Positions 16,292 to 25,045 of a DNA stretch of 26,018 nucleotides are shown one piece after another. The stretch's first letter is position 1. Each line of letters starts with the position of its first letter. The position numbers and the translations under genes were made by a program. The stretch is from Candidatus Hydrothermarchaeales archaeon. Lineage in GTDB: Archaea > Hydrothermarchaeota > Hydrothermarchaeia > Hydrothermarchaeales > JAZGAD01. The notes under the pieces were generated by a model. That model had not been told where the DNA came from. It saw only the letters and a list, made by a program, of their open reading frames with translations, and did no database searches. The stretch is taken from positions 1-26,018 of the forward strand of contig JAZGAD010000044.1 of NCBI GenBank assembly GCA_036444275.1, written 5' to 3'.

Positions 16292-19066
16292 TTACTCCTC
16301 TGATGCTGGTCTAGAAAGGGTGAGCATTTTGATTATTATTCCAAGAATCAATATGGCGAATATCGTAGTAGCCAGAAGCTCCTTTCGGGACAGCTGGGCC
16401 TCTGGAAGAGGGGTTTCAGTAGGCGTAGGCAGCGTTGGTGTGGGCGTTGCTGCGGGCGTCTCCGGGGTAACCCCAGGCAATACCGGTGGTGGAGGTTTCT
16501 TGATCTTTACTTGTATCTGCGGCTCTTCGGATTCAGTTGAGTATTCATTCCCCAATCTATCCACCCATTTCACTTTGGCTGCACCGAGACTGTAGCCTCC
16601 TGCCGTCAGGGATCTAACTGAGTAGTTAAGAAAGACCTCTTCGCCTGGTTTGAACTCTTCTATGCTCTTGGCAGTATCCCCCGCAATCTCAAAGTTTTTA
16701 GGGGGATAATCAGTTATCTCTACTTTCATGGCGGCATCTTCACCTATGTTTTTCACAGCTACAGATATATCCAGCTCTTCGCCTACTGTGATCTCTTGTT
16801 TTTCGACGAGCTTCTTTATCTCCAGAATAGCCCCCTTCACTTTCAGGCCCAAGGATCCGGAGATAATACGTCCGTCGAAGTTCACGGAGTAGGGGATTTC
16901 GTATATCCCTGCCTTTGCCCCTCTAATTAATAGTTCCATCTTTTTTTCTTCCATAACGCCTAAATCTCCGCTCCAAGTCAGGTTTTCGACAAAGCCGTAC
17001 CACGTCTGGTTCTGTTTCTTCAGCTGGGCCTCGTATCTCCCCTCCCACCGCGTATCGTTACTAAAGAGCTCTAACCCCGGGGGTAGCGATAAATGCAGTG
17101 TAACATTTTCCAAGGCAGCGTACCCAGTGCTTTTAAGGATTATGAAGGCTTCTCCATACTCTCCGATTCCAGTTTCGTTAGCCCCGCCGATAGTAAATTT
17201 AAGCTCTTTCTCTTCCACGGCTATAATGACATATGCTGGTTTAGGCCTTATTACAGTCAGATTGGTGCTGGCATTAATAGTGGCTGTTTCGCCATAGAAA
17301 TCTGTGTAATTTGCCTGGGCTAGAATAGTGAATGTGGATTTATTTTCTACCAGCGGCGCCCTCATTATCAGTGTAAAGTTCGCGCTTTCGTTCTGCCTTA
17401 GCTCTTTGATATAATACAGGGGCTGTCCTTTTAAGATCGCTCCCCCGAACCTAATAGGCGCTGTCGTTAAGCTGGATGTGTCTATGTAGAGGAATAAGTC
17501 ATAAACCGCGTCGGTACCGTTGCTCTCGACACTCACATTGTATTCGAACTCGAAGTCAGATAGCACCTCGATGTCAGAGGGTACTAAAACAGTAATATCA
17601 GGATATAAGATGTTTATGTCGGTCGAAACGCTGTGAGATACATTCTTCAGTTTCCTAGAGCAGTAATTTGGAGTCGCTTCTTCTAGGACGCGAGATGCAT
17701 TGAAGGCATCCATATCTACGTCGAGGTATCTCATCTCGGTGCTCATATTGACGTCCTTATTGTCCAGCTTGAAAGTATATCCGAAAGAAACTTCCTCGCC
17801 AGGCTTCAAATCCCCTTCCCACCTGTTCGTTCCATTGAGTATCAAGCCGGATGTATCATTGACTACTAAGCTCCTAGCTATTGCATTTCCCTTGTTCTTT
17901 ATTTTAAGAGACACGTTAGCGGTCTCTCCTATCCTCATCGTCTTAGTGCCGAAGGTGAGTTCCTTATCCGGGTCTAAATATACAGAAGCCTCAGCCATCT
18001 CTCTCTCCACTACAGGGTAAGGGGAGAACTTGGCGGTTGTATCGTTGGAAAAGGAGATATACTCATTCCCAAAGCGATCCTGGTAGGTAGCTGTACTTAT
18101 ATCCCTACAGATGATAGGATCCCCGGATACGACTCTGTAATAGAACCATTTTCTACTTCCCTCAAGTATGTTGCCTGTCCAGGAAGTAGTACCTTGGGTC
18201 ACAAGGAAAACTGGAGGAGGTGTGTCACTCCACTCTATGTTGTATACTGTGCTCTTCCCTATATTATTGAGGATTATTTCGAAGGTGATTTCGCTAGTAG
18301 TGCTGGCTGGCGTCCAATTGCTCGCCTTTCTCTCGATCTCCAGTACAGCTGGTATGATCTCCACCTCGATGGGATAGTACTTTATGTAACGATTTGTCCT
18401 CGCCAGCTGTATGTTTTCGTCTGAGTATTCCACTTTAAGGTATAGGGTATAATTGAAGATCTTCCTAACGTTTGGACTCCTCAATCTGTACTTGAAATCA
18501 TAGGTAGAGCCCTGACATAGAGAGGTGTTCCTTACATCTGTGCCTAGGATCTGGAATTCCCCGAATTCAGAGGAAACAGATACCTCTTTGGCTGGGAGCT
18601 CACCGGTATTGTTGATGGTGAAGTCCAGCTGGACTTCTTCGTTGGGGAATAGTTGCGTCCGTCCACTTATTGTTCTAAGTATATCTATGTTGGTGAGGTT
18701 AACGCTGATGTTGGCTTGCTGTGGGGTATAGATGCTTATGTTTGCCCTATTATTGTTCGGGTCGCTTGAGTATACCTCCACCCATATATCGGGCTGCTTA
18801 AAGATGCCGTCATAGCCCTTGCTGGCTGAGCCCTCCTCGTAGACGTTGCCGTGCTTTAAAACCTCGATATAGATGGCATCTCCTGGAAATACTTTTGTAA
18901 CTGTGACGTCGAACTCCTCTACTACGGTAGCATCGTTTTGGTTTACATTGCCTGGAAACCTCTCTACCCAGCCAGGGTACTTATCGAATTCAACCTCGGG
19001 ACAAGCACCGACTATCGGGAGGGATACTAAAAATACCAAAATAATCATGAAAAGGAGGATCCTCAT
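16292..19066 (-). CDS. Large secreted, membrane-anchored cell-surface glycoprotein with repeated Ig-like (DUF11/COG1361-type) modules
   Basis: Hydrophobic signal peptide, recurring N-x-G-x3-A/V motifs (NTGELPA, NIGKSTV, NKGNAIA, NIGEDAA), many N-x-S/T sequons, Pro/Thr linker and C-terminal TM helix. Family assignment is by pattern only. Confidence 0.75.
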   Translation of the reverse strand: MRILLFMIILVFLVSLPIVGACPEVEFDKYPGWVERFPGNVNQNDATVVEEFDVTVTKVFPGDAIYIEVLKHGNVYEEGSASKGYDGIFKQPDIWVEVYSSDPNNNRANISIYTPQQANISVNLTNIDILRTISGRTQLFPNEEVQLDFTINNTGELPAKEVSVSSEFGEFQILGTDVRNTSLCQGSTYDFKYRLRSPNVRKIFNYTLYLKVEYSDENIQLARTNRYIKYYPIEVEIIPAVLEIERKASNWTPASTTSEITFEIILNNIGKSTVYNIEWSDTPPPVFLVTQGTTSWTGNILEGSRKWFYYRVVSGDPIICRDISTATYQDRFGNEYISFSNDTTAKFSPYPVVEREMAEASVYLDPDKELTFGTKTMRIGETANVSLKIKNKGNAIARSLVVNDTSGLILNGTNRWEGDLKPGEEVSFGYTFKLDNKDVNMSTEMRYLDVDMDAFNASRVLEEATPNYCSRKLKNVSHSVSTDINILYPDITVLVPSDIEVLSDFEFEYNVSVESNGTDAVYDLFLYIDTSSLTTAPIRFGGAILKGQPLYYIKELRQNESANFTLIMRAPLVENKSTFTILAQANYTDFYGETATINASTNLTVIRPKPAYVIIAVEEKELKFTIGGANETGIGEYGEAFIILKSTGYAALENVTLHLSLPPGLELFSNDTRWEGRYEAQLKKQNQTWYGFVENLTWSGDLGVMEEKKMELLIRGAKAGIYEIPYSVNFDGRIISGSLGLKVKGAILEIKKLVEKQEITVGEELDISVAVKNIGEDAAMKVEITDYPPKNFEIAGDTAKSIEEFKPGEEVFLNYSVRSLTAGGYSLGAAKVKWVDRLGNEYSTESEEPQIQVKIKKPPPPVLPGVTPETPAATPTPTLPTPTETPLPEAQLSRKELLATTIFAILILGIIIKMLTLSRPASEE

Positions 19067-20055
19067 CTCACACGCCTCAGCCTATCCCGTATTCTCTTGA
19101 ATAACGCCTTAGCCCCTTCGGTCCATTCTACCCGCTCCTCGTGTTCTTTTGGCTTCTCAGGCAGATACTCACGCAGCTTAGAGGGCACACTTTTATCGAC
19201 CTCCCTTGTAAGCGATGCCTTCAGTTCCTTAACCATCGTAGGCCCTGCTGTAACGAACTCAGGCAGTCGTCCAGTGATGAGGTAGTTATAGTGGAGGTAC
19301 ATCACCAGGATGTAGATGAACATTATGAGGAATACAACGTATACTGCTTGGAAAGGTAGAATATAGGCCCTTAGGATTATGGATAGACTCGGCATTACCA
19401 ATATGAAGATCGCGGGTAGGTAATAGGAGCGGATGTCTAGGAGCAGGCCAAAATACTTAGCCATTACTACCCACCACATCACAGCCAAGATGATCACACT
19501 GTAAGGCACCAATCGCCATGGGAAATCTATCGAATACAGGAAGAGGCCGATGCTTATATTGCTTAGAAGTGCAACGAAGAGGAGGAATTCCCCCCACCTC
19601 GGAAAACCCAGCGTCATAGGAGGCTCTCTTTCCTCGAAGCGGAGCTTCTCCCCTTCCATCTCTCTGTAGCTCCTGAACTTATCCAAGCTCTCTATGATCT
19701 TTTCCCCGATGATACGCTGTCTGATTATCTCTTCCACTAGTGGGCGTGCATACATGACGAAATCTCTGAATTCTTTGTCCACCTTTCTGACGAGCGTCTT
19801 CTGCAGTCCGATCAACCTGAAAAGTCCGATGGCACACGCTAAAGAGGCATAGGCGGAGGTAAGCATGAGTAATAATCGAAATATCCAGACCAAGGTTATC
19901 TTCAAGCCCTCTTTCTTGAAGGCTATTGTCATATCCCTGAATAAGACGAGGGTGCCTACGCCTAGGATAAAAGCCCCTATAGCCAGGCCCGCGTATATCC
20001 CGATAGGATGTTCCTCTGGAGGGAGTTCTCTCAAGCGAAATTCCCTTAACTTCAT
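19063..20055 (-). CDS. Hypothetical polytopic membrane protein (about 6 TM helices)
   Basis: Two TMs, a charged cytoplasmic segment, four TMs and a charged tail. ATGA overlap with the surface-protein gene. Start is either ATG 20055 (GAGG SD) or GTG 20073. Confidence 0.75.
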   Translation of the reverse strand: MKLREFRLRELPPEEHPIGIYAGLAIGAFILGVGTLVLFRDMTIAFKKEGLKITLVWIFRLLLMLTSAYASLACAIGLFRLIGLQKTLVRKVDKEFRDFVMYARPLVEEIIRQRIIGEKIIESLDKFRSYREMEGEKLRFEEREPPMTLGFPRWGEFLLFVALLSNISIGLFLYSIDFPWRLVPYSVIILAVMWWVVMAKYFGLLLDIRSYYLPAIFILVMPSLSIILRAYILPFQAVYVVFLIMFIYILVMYLHYNYLITGRLPEFVTAGPTMVKELKASLTREVDKSVPSKLREYLPEKPKEHEERVEWTEGAKALFKRIRDRLRRVR

Positions 20056-20308
20056 AATAGAGTCCTCAAGCACCTGTTTTTGGGGTGTATGAACTTAGAC
20101 TTAGTCATTTTAGACGTTGTCGAGTTCCTTGCTAACACTCTTAGGCCACCCCTTTCGTATCGGAATTGCGAAGAGATAAATTATACTATATCTTTGAGTC
20201 ATGCGTCCAGCTTTTGCCTTTGCCCGGTTGACAGGCATCGTCCTTTTTATTTCAATGGGATTCAAACTTACTTAAAAAACTTGCCTTAAAATGATACAGA
20301 TGCTGATA

Positions 20309-20322
20309 GAAAGGTTTAAATG
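20309..20322 (+). promoter_or_regulatory. BRE/TATA promoter of the rpl7ae operon
   Basis: GAAAGG-TTTAAATG, placing the TSS near 20345, just upstream of the K-loop. Confidence 0.6.
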
Positions 20323-20352
20323 TTCGAATACACTTCAAATGCTTTCTATTCT

Positions 20353-20376
20353 AAATGCCGATGAAAGGAGGTATTT
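20353..20376 (+). promoter_or_regulatory. Kink-loop (L7Ae-binding) autoregulatory element masking the Shine-Dalgarno site
   Basis: AAAUGCC-GAU-GA-AAG-GA-GGUAUUU: 7-bp stem, 3-nt GAU bulge, tandem G.A/A.G pairs. The 3' arm contains SD GGAGGU. Confidence 0.75.
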
Positions 20377-20377
20377 T

Positions 20378-20746
20378 ATGGCGAAAATGTATGTTAGGTT
20401 TGAGGTTCCTAAGGAACTCTCTGATACAGCTTATGAAGCCCTAGAGGTTGCTAGGGGGGCAGGGAAGATCTGCAAGGGCACAAATGAGGTAACGAAGTTC
20501 GTGGAGAGGGGTCAAGCGCTATTGGTCCTCATTGCAGAGGATGTTGAGCCTGAGGAAGTCGTCGCACACCTGCCTATGCTTTGCGAAGAGAAGAAGATAC
20601 CCTATGTATATGTCCCCAATAAGCTGGAGCTTGGCAAGGCCTGCGGTCTAGAGGTTCAAGCAGCCGCCGCAGGTATCGTTACACCTGGAAAAGCTAGGGC
20701 AACCATTGGGGAGATAGCAGATAAGGTGAAGGCACTTAAGAAGTGA
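20378..20746 (+). CDS. rpl7ae: 50S ribosomal protein L7Ae
   Basis: [34 protein letters not shown]. True start is ATG 20378 after GGAGGT. Confidence 0.97.
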   Translation: MAKMYVRFEVPKELSDTAYEALEVARGAGKICKGTNEVTKFVERGQALLVLIAEDVEPEEVVAHLPMLCEEKKIPYVYVPNKLELGKACGLEVQAAAAGIVTPGKARATIGEIADKVKALKK

Positions 20747-20752
20747 TAGGAA

Positions 20753-20974
20753 ATGGTGAAGGAAGGAGAAACTAGAGGTTACCCTGCAGAAGTCATCGAA
20801 GTAATAGGGAGAACAGGGATGACAGGTGAGATACTACAGGTGAAGTGCAGGGTACTGGATGGCCGGGATAAGGGCAGAATAATCCGTAGAAACGTCAAAG
20901 GCCCTACAAGGGTTGGAGACCTCTTGATTCTAATGGAGACTGAGAGGGAGGCAAAGGAGCTAAGGGTCCCTTAG
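20753..20974 (+). CDS. rps28e: 30S ribosomal protein S28e
   Basis: [27 protein letters not shown]. Confidence 0.97.
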   Translation: MVKEGETRGYPAEVIEVIGRTGMTGEILQVKCRVLDGRDKGRIIRRNVKGPTRVGDLLILMETEREAKELRVP

Positions 20975-21003
20975 CTGGCTTTAATTAAGAAGGTTGGACC
21001 TAT

Positions 21004-21282
21004 ATGGATGTCTATGAGTGTTCTTTTTGCAAGCGGAATATAGAGCTTGGCACAGGGAAGATGTTTGTTAAGAAGGACGGCGTTACTCTGTACTTCTGCA
21101 GCAGCAAATGCGAAAAGAATATGCTGAAGCTGGGCAGAGTATCCCGTAGGGTGAAGTGGACCAAGCCCAAAAAGAAGATACCTAAACCCGAGATTTCCAA
21201 GACACAGAGGACTCACAAGCCCAAAAAAACTGGCGCAAAAAAAGGAAAAGGGAAGAAGAGCAGTAAAGCGGGGAAGAAATAA
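21004..21282 (+). CDS. rpl24e: 50S ribosomal protein L24e with Lys-rich C-terminal tail
   Basis: [28 protein letters not shown]. Confidence 0.95.
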   Translation: MDVYECSFCKRNIELGTGKMFVKKDGVTLYFCSSKCEKNMLKLGRVSRRVKWTKPKKKIPKPEISKTQRTHKPKKTGAKKGKGKKSSKAGKK

Positions 21283-21296
21283 TTTTGGGCGGTCAT

Positions 21297-21716
21297 ATGG
21301 CGCGTAGTTTTTTTATGATTAAGCCTGACGGCGTTTCAAGGGGATTAATAGGGGAGGTAATATCCAAGTTAGATGAGAGGGGATTTAGAATAGTTGCTAT
21401 GAAAATGCTCTGGGTTGATGAAGGACTCGCTAGGAGACATTATGCTGAGCACGAGGGGAAGCCCTTCTTCGAGGACCTACTTTCCTTCATAACTTCCGGT
21501 CCTTCAGTGGCTATGGTCGTCGCAGGCAAAGATGCCATTGAGGGGTTGCGCGCCCTAGTAGGTGCTACAAATCCAAAAGAGGCTGCGGAAGGAACGATAA
21601 GGAGAGACTTCGGCACCGACACCGGGAGAAACATCGTCCATGCATCGGATTCTGCAGCTTCAGCTGAAAGAGAGATCCCTCTATTCTTTAAACCCGAAGA
21701 GATCTTGAGTTACTGA
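21297..21716 (+). CDS. ndk: Nucleoside diphosphate kinase
   Basis: [29 protein letters not shown] 21297 preferred over TTG 21285. Confidence 0.97.
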   Translation: MARSFFMIKPDGVSRGLIGEVISKLDERGFRIVAMKMLWVDEGLARRHYAEHEGKPFFEDLLSFITSGPSVAMVVAGKDAIEGLRALVGATNPKEAAEGTIRRDFGTDTGRNIVHASDSAASAEREIPLFFKPEEILSY

Positions 21717-21735
21717 GAGAGAATTCTTATATTAG

Positions 21736-21810
21736 CGGGCCCGGAGGGATTTGAACCCCCGACAAATTGGTTAAGAGCCAACCACTCTAGCCAGACTGAG
21801 TTACGGGCCC
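21736..21810 (-). tRNA. tRNA-Lys(CTT), intronless, CCA not encoded
   Basis: GGGCCCG/CGGGCCC acceptor stem, D-arm ACTC/GAGT, anticodon arm GTTGG-CT CTT AA-CCAAT, T-loop GGTTCAAATCC, discriminator G. Confidence 0.95.
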
Positions 21811-21839
21811 CGTTGGACTATACATAGCCTTATCGTCTT

Positions 21840-22424
21840 CTACTTTGCCTTATTTAATAATTCTGTGCGGATGTAAAGCGCCCTCTGAAGCACTGTCACA
21901 TGAGTTACTACTGCGAGTATTAACAACGCTGGGTAAAATGCGTCGATACCCCGTATCTCGAGGAGAATAGCGAGCATGAGGATGATGAGTCTCTCAGCGC
22001 GTTCAGCTATGCCTATGTCGCCCTTGCACTTTAACGCTTCTACCTTTGCCCTTGAATAGCTCACCAGTAGAGTCCCCACCAGTACCACGAACAACAGTAG
22101 GTAGTGATCTCGTAGGTATATGACTAGTCCCAAAAGAATGAGAGCGTCTGCATACCTATCCAATAGAGAATCAAAGAAAGCTCCGAACTCTGTGGCCCTA
22201 TTGCTGATCCTAGCGACAGCTCCATCGAGGGCGTCCAACACAGAGGTTAAAGCAAGGAATACGAGAGCTGCGCTTAACTGTCCTAATGCAAGGGCTGCGC
22301 CAGTAACTATGCTCCCGAGGAATCCCAGTATTGTCAGTGCATTCGGGGATATGCCAAGTGCCGCTATCCTCCGAGCTGTTGAAAGCACTATTCCGTCAAA
22401 ACGATCCTTATGAGCACTCAGCAT
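21840..22424 (-). CDS. pgsA: CDP-alcohol phosphatidyltransferase (likely archaetidylinositol phosphate synthase)
   Basis: SPNALT, DALDGAVAR, FGAFFDSLLDRYAD signature, VSYSRAKVE, ERAERL. Confidence 0.9.
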   Translation of the reverse strand: MLSAHKDRFDGIVLSTARRIAALGISPNALTILGFLGSIVTGAALALGQLSAALVFLALTSVLDALDGAVARISNRATEFGAFFDSLLDRYADALILLGLVIYLRDHYLLLFVVLVGTLLVSYSRAKVEALKCKGDIGIAERAERLIILMLAILLEIRGIDAFYPALLILAVVTHVTVLQRALYIRTELLNKAK

Positions 22425-22459
22425 AACCTATATGTGGGACTTTTCCCTCTATTTAAATC

Positions 22460-23947
22460 ATGGGGGTCCTATTGGTAACTGGAAAGCTCGCAGAGGCAAG
22501 GGTAAAAGAGATAGCAGCTAAATATGATTGCAGGGTCTACGTTGCACCTGTTGATGTAGCCTCTCTACTGACGCCGAAACAAATCGTTTCAAATATCACT
22601 TTAGATGAAGATGTTGATTCCATATTGGTCCCTGGTTTGATAAGGGGTAATCTCGCTATTCTAGAGGAAAAAATTGGAGTGCCTGTCTTTAAGGGTCCCA
22701 AGGATGTAGCTGACCTGGATTATGTTTTAGAGAGGCGTCCCCAGTTAGAGCTTTCTAAGACCACGCCTGCCTGTGAGCTCCTACGGGGGGAGCTAAGGAA
22801 GCGGGCATTGGCTGAGATAACAAAAGTAGACTCCAAAGAGTACATTGAAGGAATGCTCAATAAGCCTGGTAACATCCTCGTCGGCGGGTTGGCTGTTGGG
22901 AAGAGCTTCCCGATTAGAGTTCTGGCTGAGATAGTTGGAATCGAGGACCTATCTAAAGAAGAGCTGTTGACGCAGGGCAGGTATCTTCTCGCGTCTGGCG
23001 CGGACATGATCGACCTAGGGATAAACGAAGTAAATCCTGAGAAAGTGGAGCATAGCATTAGTGCTTTAAGGGAGCTAGGCATTCCCATCGCGGTAGACAC
23101 CATGGAGGCTGAGAATATCCAGCGGGCATTGGAATGCGGCGTTGATTTAGTGCTCAGCTTCGATAGAGAACTTATCGAAGGATTCCGAGACGTTGTTGTT
23201 GCTAGTGTGGTAATCCCTAAAAGAGGGGATATCCCTAGAGTTCCTGAGGAGCGAGTTCGTCTCTTGGAGGAGAACATCCAACTTGCTAGAGAAAGAGGAT
23301 TCCAAAGGATAATCGCTGACCTGGTTCTCCAGCCAGCTAACCTAGGGTTTTCTGATTCTCTCGCTGCATACAAAAAATTCTCTGAGAAGCACAAAGAGTA
23401 TCCTGTTCTCTTTGGTGCCGGGAACGTGACAGAACTCTTCGACGCAGACAGCGTTGGTGTGAACGCCCTACTCTGCGCCCTTGCAATGGAATGCGGTGCC
23501 AGTATCGTCTTCTCGGTTGAGGCCAGTGACAAGACTAGAGGCAGTATTCGAGAGCTGGCGACCACATCGAAGATGATGTACATCAGCAGTCTGCGTGGTT
23601 CGCCGCCCAAGGACTTAGGTTTTGACCTCTTGATATTAAAAGAGAAGAGATTGAAGAGGAACAGAATGAAGCTCGATATACGAAAGCTTCCAGTTAAGCC
23701 CGGGAAGGGCTTCGTCCCTGATCCAAAGGGATATTTCAAGATTTTCGTAGACGAAAAGATCCAGTGCGTGCACTTCGTGGATGGAGAGGCAATGCTATGT
23801 ATAGAAGGAGCAAGCGCTAGGGAGATATGTGACACGCTGCTCGCATTGGACCTCGTATCTACTCTGGAGCATGCTCTCTACCTCGGCAGAGAACTGAAGA
23901 AGGCAGAATCAGCATTAAGATATGGAAAAAGCTACGTCCAAGAATAG
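22460..23947 (+). CDS. Dihydropteroate synthase-like protein (archaeal pterin-binding family with C-terminal DUF4346-like domain)
   Basis: LLVTGKLAE, GADMIDLG, AVDT, GAGNVTELFDADSVGVN, PKDLG, DPKGYFKI, HALYLGRELKKAE. Confidence 0.88.
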   Translation: MGVLLVTGKLAEARVKEIAAKYDCRVYVAPVDVASLLTPKQIVSNITLDEDVDSILVPGLIRGNLAILEEKIGVPVFKGPKDVADLDYVLERRPQLELSKTTPACELLRGELRKRALAEITKVDSKEYIEGMLNKPGNILVGGLAVGKSFPIRVLAEIVGIEDLSKEELLTQGRYLLASGADMIDLGINEVNPEKVEHSISALRELGIPIAVDTMEAENIQRALECGVDLVLSFDRELIEGFRDVVVASVVIPKRGDIPRVPEERVRLLEENIQLARERGFQRIIADLVLQPANLGFSDSLAAYKKFSEKHKEYPVLFGAGNVTELFDADSVGVNALLCALAMECGASIVFSVEASDKTRGSIRELATTSKMMYISSLRGSPPKDLGFDLLILKEKRLKRNRMKLDIRKLPVKPGKGFVPDPKGYFKIFVDEKIQCVHFVDGEAMLCIEGASAREICDTLLALDLVSTLEHALYLGRELKKAESALRYGKSYVQE

Positions 23948-24025
23948 TTGTGCAATTGTACTGCAACTTAGATCGAATTGAACTGAGTTTGAACTATACT
24001 ACTAACCTAATAAATAAAGGCAAAC

Positions 24026-25045
24026 TTAGTCCTTGCTAACATTCATAAGCGCCCTTATATTCTCGATAGGTACGGTAGGTGGGATATCGCACCCTGGCAT
24101 GAGTACATATCCGCCGCCGTGACCCGCCTTTTCGATACATTTTCTGGCTTCTTTCGATACATCCTCTGGTGTGCCTTGGCTTATTATGTTCACTGGATCC
24201 ACGTTACCAGCGATGCACATCTTGCCCTTTAACTGCTCCTTTGCATAGCCTATATCTACTTTGCAATCCACGCTGAAGCAGTCGGCACCTGTCTCAGCTA
24301 TGAGGTCTATTTTGTCCTTGGTGTTGCCGCAGATGTGCAATAGTGTGCGAACGCCCTTAGCTTTGACCTCTCTGATAAGCCTCTGCAAGGATGGGAGGGC
24401 GAACTCCTTGAAGTGGTTCCTAGATATTAGGTCGCCAGAGGCAGTAGGATCAGCTATGCTGACCAGCTCTATTATCTCGTCGTCGATCAACGGCTTGTAA
24501 AACCTTAGTATAACATCTTTAGAGAAGTCTACCACCTTTCTGACGAACTCTGGGTCTTTGTACATCCCGAACATCAGTGCCTCAACGCCTCTAAGCTGTG
24601 CCCCTAAAGTAAAGGGACCCCAGGCAGTTGCTGTGACAAGGGTTTCCTCTCCTATTTTCTTAGAAACAATCCTACTTGCTTCCCAGATGCTAGCTATGAT
24701 TTCATCCCTATCTACGCCGCTTATATCCAAATTTTTGAGGTCCTCTAGAGTATCTATCAGTGGTTCAGCGAGATCAGGCGCACCTACCTCCCTTATCTTT
24801 ATCTTCCCGCCGAGTGCCGCTGCATGGAAGTTATTGTAGCCTGAGCCCACGTAGACGATGTCGCAGCCCAGCTTTTCTTGGGTATCCAAGATTACTCTAG
24901 CATATTTCTCTGGCTCTCCCTTAAAGCTCAAAAAGTTATTACCTGAGTTGAAAATAGTCCAGACACCGCCACCAAAGAGGGTCGCAGGCACTCTCTCCGG
25001 TTCTCTGAGATCGAAGGCCTCAAAAACAATTTCCTTGGGGTCCAT
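24026..25045 (-). CDS. MtaA/CmuA (UroD-fold) methylcobamide:thiol methyltransferase family protein
   Basis: GPFTL, ADPTASGDLIS, Zn ligands LHICG and PGCDIP, GNVDP. Confidence 0.85.
   Translation of the reverse strand: MDPKEIVFEAFDLREPERVPATLFGGGVWTIFNSGNNFLSFKGEPEKYARVILDTQEKLGCDIVYVGSGYNNFHAAALGGKIKIREVGAPDLAEPLIDTLEDLKNLDISGVDRDEIIASIWEASRIVSKKIGEETLVTATAWGPFTLGAQLRGVEALMFGMYKDPEFVRKVVDFSKDVILRFYKPLIDDEIIELVSIADPTASGDLISRNHFKEFALPSLQRLIREVKAKGVRTLLHICGNTKDKIDLIAETGADCFSVDCKVDIGYAKEQLKGKMCIAGNVDPVNIISQGTPEDVSKEARKCIEKAGHGGGYVLMPGCDIPPTVPIENIRALMNVSKD

Noticed and set aside
20195-20230. Minus-strand GGGCAAA...GGACGCA resembling a c-di-GMP-I riboswitch core
   Set aside because: There is no proper P2 stem with a GNRA tetraloop and no P3 or receptor element. 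This is likely coincidence; an Infernal scan against Rfam would settle it.
20291-20377. N-terminal extensions in the ORF track for L7Ae (and likewise PINA, ndk, DUF167, MarC)
   Set aside because: The extensions overlap promoter elements or neighbouring genes. Downstream ATGs fit family N-termini and SD/TATA spacing better.
21736-21810. tRNA-Lys as an integration site of a mobile element
   Set aside because: No integrase, no duplicated tRNA 3' end noticed, and housekeeping genes on both sides.
22720-23835. Long antisense ORF (371 aa), and similar ones such as 10139-10993, 7491-8069, 15199-15714 and the plus-strand ORFs over the hdr genes
   Set aside because: They lie opposite well-supported genes, are Ser/Leu/Phe-rich mirror translations and have no recognisable motifs. 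They are shadow ORFs.
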